Assembly: GCA_005882635.1 (NCBI GenBank) | Contig: VBFG01000043.1 | Location: 1,192 to 65,191, forward strand | Source of the DNA: Chloroflexota bacterium | GTDB taxonomy: Bacteria > Chloroflexota > Limnocylindria > Limnocylindrales > CSP1-4 | Direction: 5' to 3' | DNA: 64,000 nucleotides | Shown: positions 11,950-22,923 of the stretch, one piece after another | Numbering within the stretch: the stretch's first letter is position 1 | Layout: each line of letters begins with the position of its first letter | Program-made: the position numbers and the translations under genes | Notes under the pieces: generated by a model | What the model was told of the DNA's origin: nothing | The model's database searches: none | What the model saw: only the letters and a program-made list of their open reading frames with translations

Positions 11950-12525
11950 ATGCAGGCGGACGACCTTGATGCTTTCGAGGTCTTCTTCGAGCGTCACCGC
12001 ACGCTCATCTACCGGACGGCGTACGGCCTGACCGGCGATCGGCTGGCGGCTGAGGAAGTGCTCCAGGACACCTTCGTGCGTTCGTGGAGCCATCGTGCCG
12101 GGCTGCGTCTCGACGTCTCGCCCGTGCCGTGGCTCCATCGTGTCGCGCTGAACCTGTGCTATTCGCGGCTCGACCGCCGCCAGCTGCGGACCGAGCCCAT
12201 CGGCGACGGTGGTGCGATCGCCGGCGTGGCATCGGCGACGGCCGAGCCAGCCGAGCGTGCCGAGAGGCAGGAGCTGCGCCAGATCGTGCGCGAGGGGATC
12301 GCGGCGTTGCCGCCAAAGCATCAGAGCGTCGTCGTCCTTTTCTACCTCCACGGCCTGTCGCTCCAGGAGACGGCCTCGTTCCTCGACATCAGGCTCGGGA
12401 CGGTGAAGTCGCGCCTGCACTACGCACTGCGCTCCCTGCGCAGCCATCTCGAGGGTGACCGCCGCTTCCGCGGCGCGCATGCCTACGCCGACGAGCCGGC
12501 CAAGCTCGCGAGACGGGCCTCGTGA
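11950..12525 (+). CDS. ECF (group IV) RNA polymerase sigma factor
   Basis: Region 2 (LQDTFVRSW) and region 4 HTH (LSLQETASFLDIRLGTVKSRLHYALRSL). ATG 11950 is the first canonical start, but the in-frame upstream codons read like a sigma N-terminus (see findings). Confidence 0.88.
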   Translation: MQADDLDAFEVFFERHRTLIYRTAYGLTGDRLAAEEVLQDTFVRSWSHRAGLRLDVSPVPWLHRVALNLCYSRLDRRQLRTEPIGDGGAIAGVASATAEPAERAERQELRQIVREGIAALPPKHQSVVVLFYLHGLSLQETASFLDIRLGTVKSRLHYALRSLRSHLEGDRRFRGAHAYADEPAKLARRAS

Positions 12526-13058
12526 TGAAGCTCGGGGTGACCTGCGAGACGTACCAGGGCGAGCTCATGGACCTCGCCGATCGCTGGGAGATCCGGCCTG
12601 GGACGGCGACGGCGCTCGAACACATCGGCCGCTGCGCGACCTGCGCGAAGGAGCTGGAGGGCGCCGCGTTGACGATCGTCGGCCTGCGCCGTCTGTACGA
12701 CGAGGTCTCGCGCCTGGAGCCCGAGGGTGACTCCTGGGATCGACTGCGCTCCCGCGTCACCCGCCGGCGGACAGCGACCTATGGCATCGGATCGCCGATC
12801 CTCGGTGCCCTCGTCGCCTGGTCGCTCGTCGCCGCCGTGGGACTCCAGTTCGTGGCGTTCGACGGCGGTCTCGACCGGGGTCGCGGTCCGTCGGCCATCA
12901 CCACCCGCGACGCCTTCGAGCCAACGGTTCGAATGGCGAGCGAAGACGGCGGCGCGACAGCCTCGTCGACCGTCAGACCATGGATTCGCGATGGCGACGT
13001 TACGGTAGGCCGTGCTGACGTCGTCGCGGCGCATGCCCGCCGTGTGTCAAATGCGTGA
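12522..13058 (+). CDS. zinc-binding anti-sigma factor (ZAS / zf-HC2), single-pass membrane protein
   Basis: GTGA overlap with the sigma gene stop. H-x3-C-x2-C motif HIGRCATC. One TM segment, GSPILGALVAWSLVAAVGLQFVAF. Confidence 0.75.
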   Translation: MMKLGVTCETYQGELMDLADRWEIRPGTATALEHIGRCATCAKELEGAALTIVGLRRLYDEVSRLEPEGDSWDRLRSRVTRRRTATYGIGSPILGALVAWSLVAAVGLQFVAFDGGLDRGRGPSAITTRDAFEPTVRMASEDGGATASSTVRPWIRDGDVTVGRADVVAAHARRVSNA

Positions 13059-13126
13059 CGCGGCAAGGGCCAGGCGACAGCGATCAAGGAGGTGTCGACG
13101 ACAGACCCAGTGATCGTCTAGGCCAT

Positions 13127-13156
13127 TTGACAATGGAATGACGGCGTCCCCATAGT
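13127..13156 (+). promoter_or_regulatory. possible sigma-70-type promoter of ABC operon 1
   Basis: TTGACA (13127-13132), 18-nt spacer, CATAGT (13151-13156), in a locally less GC-rich stretch. It would give a 5' UTR of about 145 nt containing the hairpin GTGGCAG-GGGC-CTGCCAC. Confidence 0.3.
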
Positions 13157-13306
13157 ACCGACCACCGTGGCAGGGGCCTGCCACACGCGTCGGTCGAATC
13201 CTCCAGATCGGACCTTTTGATCGGGCTGCAGAGACGGCCCGACGGCCAGGAGGAGGCGGTGGGGAGCCGCCGGGAGACGACCTGAATCGACGGGAGGAGA
13301 CACTAC

Positions 13307-15130
13307 ATGCGGAAACGCTTGTTCACGCTGTTCGCCATCGGGGCGATCCTCGCAGGAGCGTGCGGGCAGGCAGCCAGCCCGTCCCCCTCCAGCGCTCCGG
13401 CCGCGAGCGAGAGCACCGCGCCGAGCAGTCCCGAGGCATCGGCGTCGGCGGCGGCCAGTGGTGGGATCGATCTCACCGCGACCAAGTACAAGGCCGAAGC
13501 CGTCGGCAACAAGGGTGGCAACCTCGTGATCGGCATCTCGGGTGACCCGAGCTCGATCTGGTTCAACACCTACGACACGTTCGCCAACGACTGCGAGGCC
13601 TTCTGCCCGGCTTTCTGGAGTCTGTGGAACAACACCATGGACCTCAAGTATTACGGGCAGCTGACGACCGACGTTCCGACGGTCGCCAACGGTGGCGTCA
13701 CGGTCAACGGCGACAAGATGGACGTCCAGGTCAATTTGATCGACGGCGCGAAGTGGTCCGACGGCCAGCCGATCACCTGCGACGACGTGATCTTCATGCA
13801 GAAGTGGATCCTGGACAAAGCCCAGGTCGGACTCTCCTCGGGGACCTCGGGCTACGAGGACATCACGAGCATCGACGGCGCCGGCACGTCGAAGTGCGTG
13901 CTGCACTTCGGCAAGATCTATGAGCCGTACCTCGGCCTGTTCTCGCCGCTTCTCCCGAAGCACTATCTCGAGAAGTCGTCGGTCGCCGACGCGCAGAAGA
14001 ACCTGTACGTCGACACCAAGCTGACCGATGGCGTCTACAGCGGCCCGTACATCCCGACGGCCTGGTCGCATGACGCCCAGATCAACTACGTCCCGAACAC
14101 CCAGTTCTGGTCGACGATCAAGAAGTCCGATCCGCCGTTCGAGAACGTGACGATGAAGTTCTACGCGGACACGGACGCCGAGATCGCCGGCTTCGCCAAC
14201 AACGAGATCGACGTCGGCCTCGAGTTCAACCAGAACCAGGTCGCCGCGATGTCGGCGGTCGACCCGGCATCCGTGGACAAGGTCCTCGGGCCGACGTACG
14301 AGCAGCACACCTGGAACTACAAGTCACTGACCGACAAGTTCGGTGACGCCGGCGCGAAGGCGATGATGGAGGCCCTCCATTACGGCGTCGACAAGGATGC
14401 GATCAACCAGACCATCACCGGTGGTGCGGTCACCCCGAGCTGCAACGGCATCTACCCCGACGCCTGGTTCTACGATGCGAGCGCCACGTGCTATCAGCAC
14501 GACCAGGCCAAGGCAGAGAAGATCCTTGCCGATGCGGGCTTCAAGAAGGGGGCCGACGGTCTCCTGGAGCTCAACGGGAAGAAGGCCGAGTTCCTCGGCT
14601 GTGCCCGCGCTGACCGGCAGTACCGGATCGACACCCTGAACCTTCTCAACAGCCAGCTCAAGCCGCTGGGCATCAAGATCAATGCCAAGAGCGTCCCGCC
14701 CGCGACCGTGTTCGCCGGCTGGACCGAGATTGCCGCCGACACCCCGTGCAACACGACCCACGGCAACTTCGATGTCGTCGAGTTCGCCTGGGTCGGTACT
14801 CCGGATCCGGGCTCGAACTACTTCCTGTACCACTCGAGCTTCAACCCGGACAAGGGTGACCATGCCGGCCAGAACTACCTCCGGGTCAACAACCCCGAGG
14901 TCGACAAGGACATGGACACCATCAAGACCTCGGTCGACCTCGAGAAGATCAAGGAGGCCATGTCGAGCTTCCAGAAGATCTACACGGATCCGGCGCAGGC
15001 CTTCCCGGAGATCGCCCTGTACAACTGGACGACGGTGATGCTGAAGTCACCGAAGATGCATAACATCGCGAACAACGGCAGCGCGTCGGTCCAGAGCTGG
15101 AACATCGAGGATTGGTGGCGGGATGCCTGA
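13307..15130 (+). CDS. ABC transporter substrate-binding lipoprotein, family 5 (peptide/nickel/opine type)
   Basis: Lipoprotein signal MRKRLFTLFAIGAILAGAC. 607 aa with SBP_bac_5-like sequence. GGGAGGAG RBS. Followed by two permeases and two ATPases. Confidence 0.88.
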   Translation: MRKRLFTLFAIGAILAGACGQAASPSPSSAPAASESTAPSSPEASASAAASGGIDLTATKYKAEAVGNKGGNLVIGISGDPSSIWFNTYDTFANDCEAFCPAFWSLWNNTMDLKYYGQLTTDVPTVANGGVTVNGDKMDVQVNLIDGAKWSDGQPITCDDVIFMQKWILDKAQVGLSSGTSGYEDITSIDGAGTSKCVLHFGKIYEPYLGLFSPLLPKHYLEKSSVADAQKNLYVDTKLTDGVYSGPYIPTAWSHDAQINYVPNTQFWSTIKKSDPPFENVTMKFYADTDAEIAGFANNEIDVGLEFNQNQVAAMSAVDPASVDKVLGPTYEQHTWNYKSLTDKFGDAGAKAMMEALHYGVDKDAINQTITGGAVTPSCNGIYPDAWFYDASATCYQHDQAKAEKILADAGFKKGADGLLELNGKKAEFLGCARADRQYRIDTLNLLNSQLKPLGIKINAKSVPPATVFAGWTEIAADTPCNTTHGNFDVVEFAWVGTPDPGSNYFLYHSSFNPDKGDHAGQNYLRVNNPEVDKDMDTIKTSVDLEKIKEAMSSFQKIYTDPAQAFPEIALYNWTTVMLKSPKMHNIANNGSASVQSWNIEDWWRDA

Positions 15131-15136
15131 TCGGCA

Positions 15137-15216
15137 GTCGTGATCAAGGTCACGACCGCCTGACCGCCTGACCACCGTCAACACCGCGGGACTGTCGCCG
15201 AAGCGGCAGTCCCGCG
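15137..15216 (+). promoter_or_regulatory. two intercistronic stem-loops between the SBP and permease genes
   Basis: GTCGTGA-tcaagg-TCACGAC (15137-15156) and CGCGGGACTG-12 nt-CAGTCCCGCG (15185-15216). This placement is typical for partial termination or mRNA stabilisation after SBP genes. Confidence 0.5.
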
Positions 15217-15238
15217 AACTACATCCGAGGACGGCCGC

Positions 15239-16336
15239 ATGATCCGCTTCATCATCAGACGGCTCATCGGAACGATCCCAACACTGTTCGTGGTGTCCCT
15301 GCTGATCTACAGCATCCTGCAGCTCGCCCCCGGTGGGCCGGAGCAGCGCTTCGAGCAGAACCCCAAGATCACCCCGGCCGCGATCGCGGCGTTCAAGCAC
15401 CGCTGGGGTCTCGACCAGCCGATCCCCGTGCAGTACTGCCGCTGGGTCGGCATCTGCAACCCCGACGGGGAGGGCCTGGGCGTCTTCATCTCGAACAGCC
15501 GCCTGCCGAACTTCCTGCCCGGGTTCCTCGGCGGCGGCGACAACGGGGTCCTGCACGGCGACCTTGGCTACTCGTCCAACACCGGATCGAGCGTCGCGTC
15601 GCTCATCGGCCAGCGTGTCCTGCCGACAGCGATCCTGGCCGGCATCGCGCTCATCGTCTGGGTGTCGCTTGCGCTGCTGACCGGAATCCTCGCCGCGGTC
15701 AAACCCTACGGCAAGCTCGACACCGTGATCACGATCTTCAACTATGTCGGTTTCTCGTTCCCCACCTTCTGGCTCGGGCTCATGCTCATCGTCCTCTTCG
15801 CGGCGAACCTGAGGGTCCTGCCCGCCGGCGGGATGTGGGACGCCCGGACCGTGCCGATCTTCGGCAGCCCCGAATACTGGAAATTCTTCGGTGGGCATCC
15901 CGTCAACGCGCTCGTGGATCTGGGCCGTCACCTGATCCTGCCGGTCATCACCCTGGTGTTCGTGAGCGTCGCCGGTGACTCGCGGTTCGTGCGGGCCGCG
16001 ATGATCGACTCGCTCCACCAGGACTTCGTTCGCACCGCGCGGGCGAAGGGTCTCGCCGAACGGAAGGTCGTGTTCCGGCACGCGTTCCGGAACGCGTTGC
16101 TGCCGGTCCTGACGAATGTCGCGCTGGAGCTGCCGTTCCTGTTCGGGGGTGCGATCGCGACCGAGACGATCTTCAGCTGGCCGGGCATGGGCCTGGCCTA
16201 CATCCAGGCGGTGCGGACCTTCGACTATCCGGTCCTGATGGGCATCCTCATCATCACCGCCCTGGTCGTCGTCCTGGCCAACCTCCTCGCCGACATCCTG
16301 TACGCGGTCGTCGACCCGAGGATCAGCTATGGATAG
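15239..16336 (+). CDS. ABC transporter permease (OppB/DppB-like)
   Basis: 365 aa, multi-TM. N-terminus MIRFIIRRLIGTIPTLFVVSLLIYSIL and an EAA-type loop (FVRTARAKGLAERKVVFRHAFRNAL). Confidence 0.9.
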   Translation: MIRFIIRRLIGTIPTLFVVSLLIYSILQLAPGGPEQRFEQNPKITPAAIAAFKHRWGLDQPIPVQYCRWVGICNPDGEGLGVFISNSRLPNFLPGFLGGGDNGVLHGDLGYSSNTGSSVASLIGQRVLPTAILAGIALIVWVSLALLTGILAAVKPYGKLDTVITIFNYVGFSFPTFWLGLMLIVLFAANLRVLPAGGMWDARTVPIFGSPEYWKFFGGHPVNALVDLGRHLILPVITLVFVSVAGDSRFVRAAMIDSLHQDFVRTARAKGLAERKVVFRHAFRNALLPVLTNVALELPFLFGGAIATETIFSWPGMGLAYIQAVRTFDYPVLMGILIITALVVVLANLLADILYAVVDPRISYG

Positions 16337-17257
16337 CGGCGCGACGCTCGAAGAGCTCGAGCAGAGGCCCGACTACGACGTCCAGCTCGAGTCGCTCAAC
16401 CAGTGGCAGCTGGCGTGGCGCCGGTTCAAGCGTCATCGGATGGCCCTCCTCGGGTCGGCGCTGTTCCTCTTCATGGTCGTGGTCGGGCTGATCGGGCCGT
16501 TCATCATCCCGTACGACGACACGAAGATCGGGCTGCCCGACGCGAAGTTCAACGCCGGCCGGCCGCCCAGCATCGCCCACCTGTTCGGTGACACGGGTCG
16601 CCTCCATCGCGACGTCCTGACCCTCGTCGTCAACGGGACGCGTCTGTCGCTGCTGATCGGCGTCCTCGCGTCCGCGATCTCGGCCATCGTCGGGACCTTC
16701 GTCGGCGGCATCGCGGGCTATTTCGGCGGCTGGCTCGACACGATCCTCATGCGGATCGTCGACGCGCTCCTGTCGCTGCCGTTGCTGTTCGTCATCCTCG
16801 CCTTCAGCCAGTTCCTGGGCGAGGGCCACGCGAGCTGGCCCACGATGGTCCTAATCTTCGGGATGTTCGGTTGGCTGGGCATCGCCCGGCTCGTGCGAGC
16901 GGTGATGCTGAGCCTGCGCGAGGAGGACTACGTCGACGCCGCGAGAGCGGCGGGAGTCTCGGACGTGCGGATCATCTTCCGCCACCTCGTGCCGAACTCG
17001 CTGTCGCCGATCATCGTCGCGACCACGCTGGGTGTGGCCGGCGTGATCATCGGTGAGGCCTTCGTCAGCTTCCTCGGGTTCGGCGTCGATCCGGCGACGC
17101 CGACCCTGGGCAACATCCTCAGTGGCGCCCTCGAGTTCATCAGCCAGGGCAACTGGTGGTGGGCGTTCTTCCCCGGGGCGGCGATCGTCTTGATCGTCCT
17201 GGGGATCAACTTCATGGGCGACGGACTTCGCGACGCCCTCGATCCGCGCGCCAAGGT

Positions 17258-17261
<4 letters not shown>
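16329..17261 (+). CDS. ABC transporter permease (OppC/DppC-like)
   Basis: 310 aa with an OppC-type N-terminal region and BPD_transp_1 core ([25 protein letters not shown]). 8-nt overlap with the upstream gene. Confidence 0.9.
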
Positions 17262-18330
<1,069 letters not shown>

Positions 18331-18334
<4 letters not shown>

Positions 18335-19626
18335 CGGACGGCGCCGCCGCGGCCGGCCCGGCCGCCCCGACCGCCCCCGCCGCGGGCCCGAGGCCCGGGT
18401 CCGCCGACGAACGGAACGGTGAGGCGCTGGTCGAGGTCCGCGACCTCAAGACCTACTACCCGATCAAGGCCGGCATCCTGCGCCGCACGGTCGGCCAGGT
18501 CCGGGCGGTCGACGGCGTCGACTTCGAGGTCAGGCGCGGCGAGGTGTTCGGCCTCGTCGGCGAGTCGGGCTGCGGCAAGACGACGCTCGGGCGGACGATC
18601 GTGCGGCTCGAGAAGGCCACGTCCGGACAGGTCCTGCTCGACGGTGGCGACGTGCTGTCGTTCGACGGCCGCGATCTCAAGAAGATGCGACGCCGGATGC
18701 AGGTCATCTTTCAGGACCCGGTCGGATCGCTCAACCCGCGGATGCCGATCAGCGACATCATCGGTGAAGGGCTGCTCGCCCAGGCCGACAAGCAGAACGG
18801 CTGGGGCGAGCGGAAGGTCCGCGACAAGCGCGTGAGCGACTATCTCGAGGTGGTCGGCCTGCGCCGCGACTACACCCGTCGCTACCCGCACGAGTTCAGC
18901 GGCGGCCAGCGGCAGCGGATCGGGATCGCGCGCGCCCTGGCGCTGTCACCGGAGTTCATCTTCGCCGACGAGCCCGTGTCCGCCCTCGACGTCTCGATCC
19001 AGTCCCAGATCCTGAATCTGCTCATCGACCTCCGCGAGCAGTTCGATCTCACGTTCCTGTTCGTTGCCCACAACCTGTCGGTGGTCCAGTACATCAGCGA
19101 CCGCGTTGGCGTGATGTACCTCGGCAAGCTCGTGGAGATGGCCGACGTCGCCGAGCTCTACGCCCATCCGCGCCATCCGTACACGATCGCGCTCCTGTCC
19201 GCGATCCCGGATCCGGACCCGCGCGTGAAGAGTCGGCGACTCGTGCTGACCGGCGACGTGCCGTCACCCGCGAACCCGCCGTCGGGCTGCCGGTTCCACA
19301 CGCGCTGCTGGTTGCGACGCCAGCTCAACAACCCGGAGAACTGCGAGACGGAGGACCCGCCCTTCCGGGAGCTCGCGTCCGGCCACCGCGTCGCGTGCCA
19401 CTGGGCGGAGAGCGTTGTCGACGCGGCCGTGGCCGACGTCGTCCCGACGGCCGACATCGAGGTCCCGACCGAGCTGCCGACGCCGCAGGACGTCGGGGCG
19501 CCGGTGGTCACCGAGATCGAGACGCCGAGCGTGACGGACGTGGTCGAGCCGGCCGAGGAGGCGGCGGGAACCGCGGGCGAGGCTCGACCCGAGGAGCCCC
19601 AGGGCCCGACGCAGGGCAGGGTCTAG
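18331..19626 (+). CDS. ABC transporter ATP-binding protein (OppF/DppF-like) with long acidic/Pro-rich C-terminal tail
   Basis: GTG 18331 overlaps the upstream TGA, with GGAGG 8 nt upstream. [16 protein letters not shown] and [10 protein letters not shown] motifs. About 70-aa low-complexity tail. Confidence 0.88.
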
Positions 19627-20697
19627 CTAGGAGGCGTCGCCGCCGCTCGCCGCCGCGCCACGGAAGTGGCAGGCGACGAAGTGGAGGTTGCCGGCGTCGA
19701 GCAGCGGCGGCTCCGCCGTCGCACAGATCTCCGGGCCGCCCAGCTCTGCCCGGAGTTGACAGCGCGGGTTGAAGTGGCAGCCGCTCGGCGGGTTGACCGG
19801 CGACGGCACATCGCCGCGGAGGATGATCCGCTTCCGGCGGAGCTCCGGGTCCGGGATCGGGATCGCCGACATGAGCGCCTGGGTATACGGGTGCTCCGGC
19901 GCCCGGAACATCTCGCGCCGGTCGGCGAGCTCGGCGACCTTGCCGAGGTACATGACGGCGACGCGATCGCTGATGTGCTCGACGACGCCCATGTTGTGGG
20001 CGATGAACAGGTAGGTCAGGCCGAGCTCGCGCTGGAGCGCCTTCAGCTCGTTGAGGACCTGCGCCTGGATCGACACGTCGAGGGCCGACACCGGCTCGTC
20101 GCAGACGACGAGGTCGGGCTCGAGGACGAGCGCCCGGGCGATCCCGATCCGCTGGCGTTGCCCGCCCGAGAACTCGTGCGGGTAGCGCCGGGCGTGGTAC
20201 GGCGCGAGCCCGACGAGGTCCATGATCCGGGTGACCTTCGCCCGTCGCTCCGCCGGCGAGCCCAGCCCGTGGATCCGCAACCCCTCACCGATGCTGTCGC
20301 CGATCGGCGTCCGCGGGTCGAGTGACGCATACGGGTCCTGGAAAATGATCTGCATCCGGCGCCGGTAGGGCTTGAGGGCCGACCCGCGGAACGAGGCGAT
20401 GTCGACGCCGTCGAAGACGATCGAGCCGGAGGTGGGCTCGATCAGCCGCAGCAGCAGGCGGCCGACCGTGGTCTTGCCGCAGCCCGACTCGCCGACGAGG
20501 CCGAGGGTCTCGCCGCGCTGGATCGTGAAGCTGACTCCGTCGACCGCTTGAACCGTGGCGACGGTCCGCTGGAGGACGCCGCCGTGGATCGGGAAGTGCT
20601 TGACGAGGTCGCGGACCTCGACCAGCGTCCCTCCGGGGGCGCCGCCGGTGGCGATCCCGCTCGCGGGGGTCGGCACCGGCTCGGGCGCCGCCGCCAT
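19627..20697 (-). CDS. ABC transporter ATP-binding protein (OppF/DppF-like), operon 2
   Basis: ATG at 20697 lies 6 nt after the upstream stop. [16 protein letters not shown] and [10 protein letters not shown] motifs. The track ORF N-terminus (164 codons) is out-of-frame read-through of the preceding gene and was trimmed. Confidence 0.88.
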   Translation of the reverse strand: MAAAPEPVPTPASGIATGGAPGGTLVEVRDLVKHFPIHGGVLQRTVATVQAVDGVSFTIQRGETLGLVGESGCGKTTVGRLLLRLIEPTSGSIVFDGVDIASFRGSALKPYRRRMQIIFQDPYASLDPRTPIGDSIGEGLRIHGLGSPAERRAKVTRIMDLVGLAPYHARRYPHEFSGGQRQRIGIARALVLEPDLVVCDEPVSALDVSIQAQVLNELKALQRELGLTYLFIAHNMGVVEHISDRVAVMYLGKVAELADRREMFRAPEHPYTQALMSAIPIPDPELRRKRIILRGDVPSPVNPPSGCHFNPRCQLRAELGGPEICATAEPPLLDAGNLHFVACHFRGAAASGGDAS

Positions 20698-20702
20698 CGC
20701 GC

Positions 20703-21980
20703 TCACGGCTCGGGCTCCGTCGGTTCCGCCCGGTCCTCGTCGCGAGGCGGCTCGACGATGGTTCCCGCGGCCGCTGCCCCGTGATCCGCCGCGGCGCCGG
20801 TCGCGAGGACCTCCTCCGCGGCGACGTCGGTCCGCGGTACCCAGCCGACAGGGCGCGGGATCGGCCGGCCGTTGGCATCGTGGTATAGCCAGCAGCGGAC
20901 CTCGTGCCCGGTCTCCATCGGATGGAGACCCGGGTGGACGTCGAGGGCCATCACGTTGTCCTCGGCCACGCGCGACGCGCAGCGCGGCGCGAAGCGGCAG
21001 CCACGCGGCAGGTCGATCAGGTTCGGGACGTTGCCGGGGATGACACTCAGCGACTCCCGCACGTCGCCGACGACCGGGATCGACCCGATCAGCCCGCGGG
21101 TGTACGGGTGACGCGGCTCCCGGAAGAGCGTCGTCACGTCGGCCTGCTCGACGATCTCGCCGGCGTACATCACCGCGACCCGATCGCACATCTCGGCGAC
21201 GACCCCCAGGTCATGGGTGATGAGGATGATCGCGGTGCCGGTCTGGTCGCGGAGGTTCCGCATCAGGTCGAGGATCTGGGCCTGGATCGTCACGTCGAGG
21301 GCCGTCGTCGGCTCGTCGGCGATCAGCAGCTCGGGCTCGCAGGCGAGGGCCATCGCGATCATCACCCGCTGGGCCATGCCGCCCGACATCTCGTGGGGGT
21401 AGGCCTTGAGGCGGCGCTCGGGGTCGGGGATGCCGACCATCCTGAGCATCTCGAGCGCCCGCTGGCGGGCTGGTCCGCGCTTCATTCCCCGGTGCAGCTC
21501 GAGCACCTCGGCGATCTGCCGGCCGACGTCCTGGACCGGGTTCAGCGACGACTGCGGCTGCTGGAAGATCATGCTCAGCTGGTCACCGCGGAGCTTCCGC
21601 ATCTCGTCGGGCTTGAGCTTCAGGAGATCCCGGCCGTCGAACAGGATCTCGCCGGCCTCGACCCGACCGGGCCGGCCGACCAGGCCCATGATCGACAGTG
21701 ACGTCACGCTCTTGCCGCAGCCCGACTCGCCGACGAGACCCATGATCTCGCCGTACTCGACCCGGAAGTCGATCCCGTCCACGGCACGGACCACGCCGTC
21801 GCGGGTATGGAACGACGTCTTCAGGCCGCGGACGTCGAGCAGCGGCCCGCTCCCCTTGGGCCGCTCCCGCCGCTGGCGCCGGGCGGACGCGGGGATTAGC
21901 TCCTCGACGACCGTCGTGTCCAGGTCCGGCCCGATCGTCGCCGGCGGAGCGGTCGTGGTGATCGTCGGCTGCGTGCTCAC
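20703..21980 (-). CDS. ABC transporter ATP-binding protein (OppD/DppD-like), operon 2
   Basis: GTG 21980 overlaps the permease [19 protein letters not shown] and [10 protein letters not shown] motifs. About 60-aa C-terminal tail. Confidence 0.88.
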   Translation of the reverse strand: MSTQPTITTTAPPATIGPDLDTTVVEELIPASARRQRRERPKGSGPLLDVRGLKTSFHTRDGVVRAVDGIDFRVEYGEIMGLVGESGCGKSVTSLSIMGLVGRPGRVEAGEILFDGRDLLKLKPDEMRKLRGDQLSMIFQQPQSSLNPVQDVGRQIAEVLELHRGMKRGPARQRALEMLRMVGIPDPERRLKAYPHEMSGGMAQRVMIAMALACEPELLIADEPTTALDVTIQAQILDLMRNLRDQTGTAIILITHDLGVVAEMCDRVAVMYAGEIVEQADVTTLFREPRHPYTRGLIGSIPVVGDVRESLSVIPGNVPNLIDLPRGCRFAPRCASRVAEDNVMALDVHPGLHPMETGHEVRCWLYHDANGRPIPRPVGWVPRTDVAAEEVLATGAAADHGAAAAGTIVEPPRDEDRAEPTEPEP

Positions 21981-22915
21981 CGGTTCAGCCGCGGGTCCAG
22001 CGCGTCGCGGATGCCGTCGCCGAGCAGGTTGAACCCGAACACGGTCATCGCGAGAGCGACGCCGGGGAAGAACACGAGGTGAGGGGCGGTGAACAGGTAG
22101 CCGCGGTCCTGGCCGACCATCGATCCCCACTCGGACGTCGGCGGCTGTGCTCCCAATCCAAGGAACGACAGGGCGGCGACGTCGAGCACGGCACCGGCGA
22201 TCCCGAGCGTCCCCGCCACGATCGTCGGGGTCAGGCTGTTGGGGAGAATCCGCCGGAAGACCAGACCGATCGGGCTCTCGCCGAGCGCACGCGAGCCAGT
22301 GACGAAGTCGCTCTGCCGAACGGACAGGACCGACGATCGCATGATCCGGGCATAGACCGGGATCGCGACGATCCCGATTGCGAGCTGGGCGTTGATCAGG
22401 CCCGGCCCCAGGGCGGCGACGATCGCGATCGCCAGGAGGAGGGCCGGGAAGACGAGCAGGACGTCCATCGTCCGCATGATCACCGTCTCGATGCGGCCGC
22501 TGGCGTAGCCGGCGATCAGGCCGAGCAGCGAGCCGATGACGATCGCGAAGCCGACCGTCAGGAAGCCGACCTGGAGCGAGATCCGGGCCCCATGGAGGAC
22601 TCGGCTGAACTCGTCCCGGCCGTTCGCGTCGATCCCGAACAGGTGCTCCGGCGTGGTCGCCGGACAGCCGAGGAGGTGGATGCACGGGGCGCTCAGCCGC
22701 TTGATCCCCTGGTCGAACAGGACCTTGTCCGGGTTGTACGCCGCGACGACGTCGGCAAAGATCGCTGCGAACAGCAGGATGCCGAGGATCACCAGGCCGA
22801 CGCGGGCGTTCCGTTGGCGGACGATGTTCGCCAGCGTGTCGCGCCACAGCGACGCCGTCCGCGTGGTCGTGAGCGGATCGATCAGCCGGTCGGCAGGGGA
22901 AGTGATCGCGGCCAC
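21977..22915 (-). CDS. ABC transporter permease (OppC/DppC-like), operon 2
   Basis: GTG 22915 is preceded by GAGGAA, which overlaps the upstream stop. OppC-like core (FVTGSRALGESPIGLVFRRILPNSL). Confidence 0.88.
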   Translation of the reverse strand: MAAITSPADRLIDPLTTTRTASLWRDTLANIVRQRNARVGLVILGILLFAAIFADVVAAYNPDKVLFDQGIKRLSAPCIHLLGCPATTPEHLFGIDANGRDEFSRVLHGARISLQVGFLTVGFAIVIGSLLGLIAGYASGRIETVIMRTMDVLLVFPALLLAIAIVAALGPGLINAQLAIGIVAIPVYARIMRSSVLSVRQSDFVTGSRALGESPIGLVFRRILPNSLTPTIVAGTLGIAGAVLDVAALSFLGLGAQPPTSEWGSMVGQDRGYLFTAPHLVFFPGVALAMTVFGFNLLGDGIRDALDPRLNR

Positions 22916-22923
22916 GGCGTTCC

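Noticed and set aside
13086-13120. Mini-ORF after AAGGAGG downstream of the anti-sigma gene (GTG TCG ACG ... TAG, 9 codons)
   Set aside because: The GTG overlaps the SD-like sequence, so there is no spacing. The ORF is too short and has no support.
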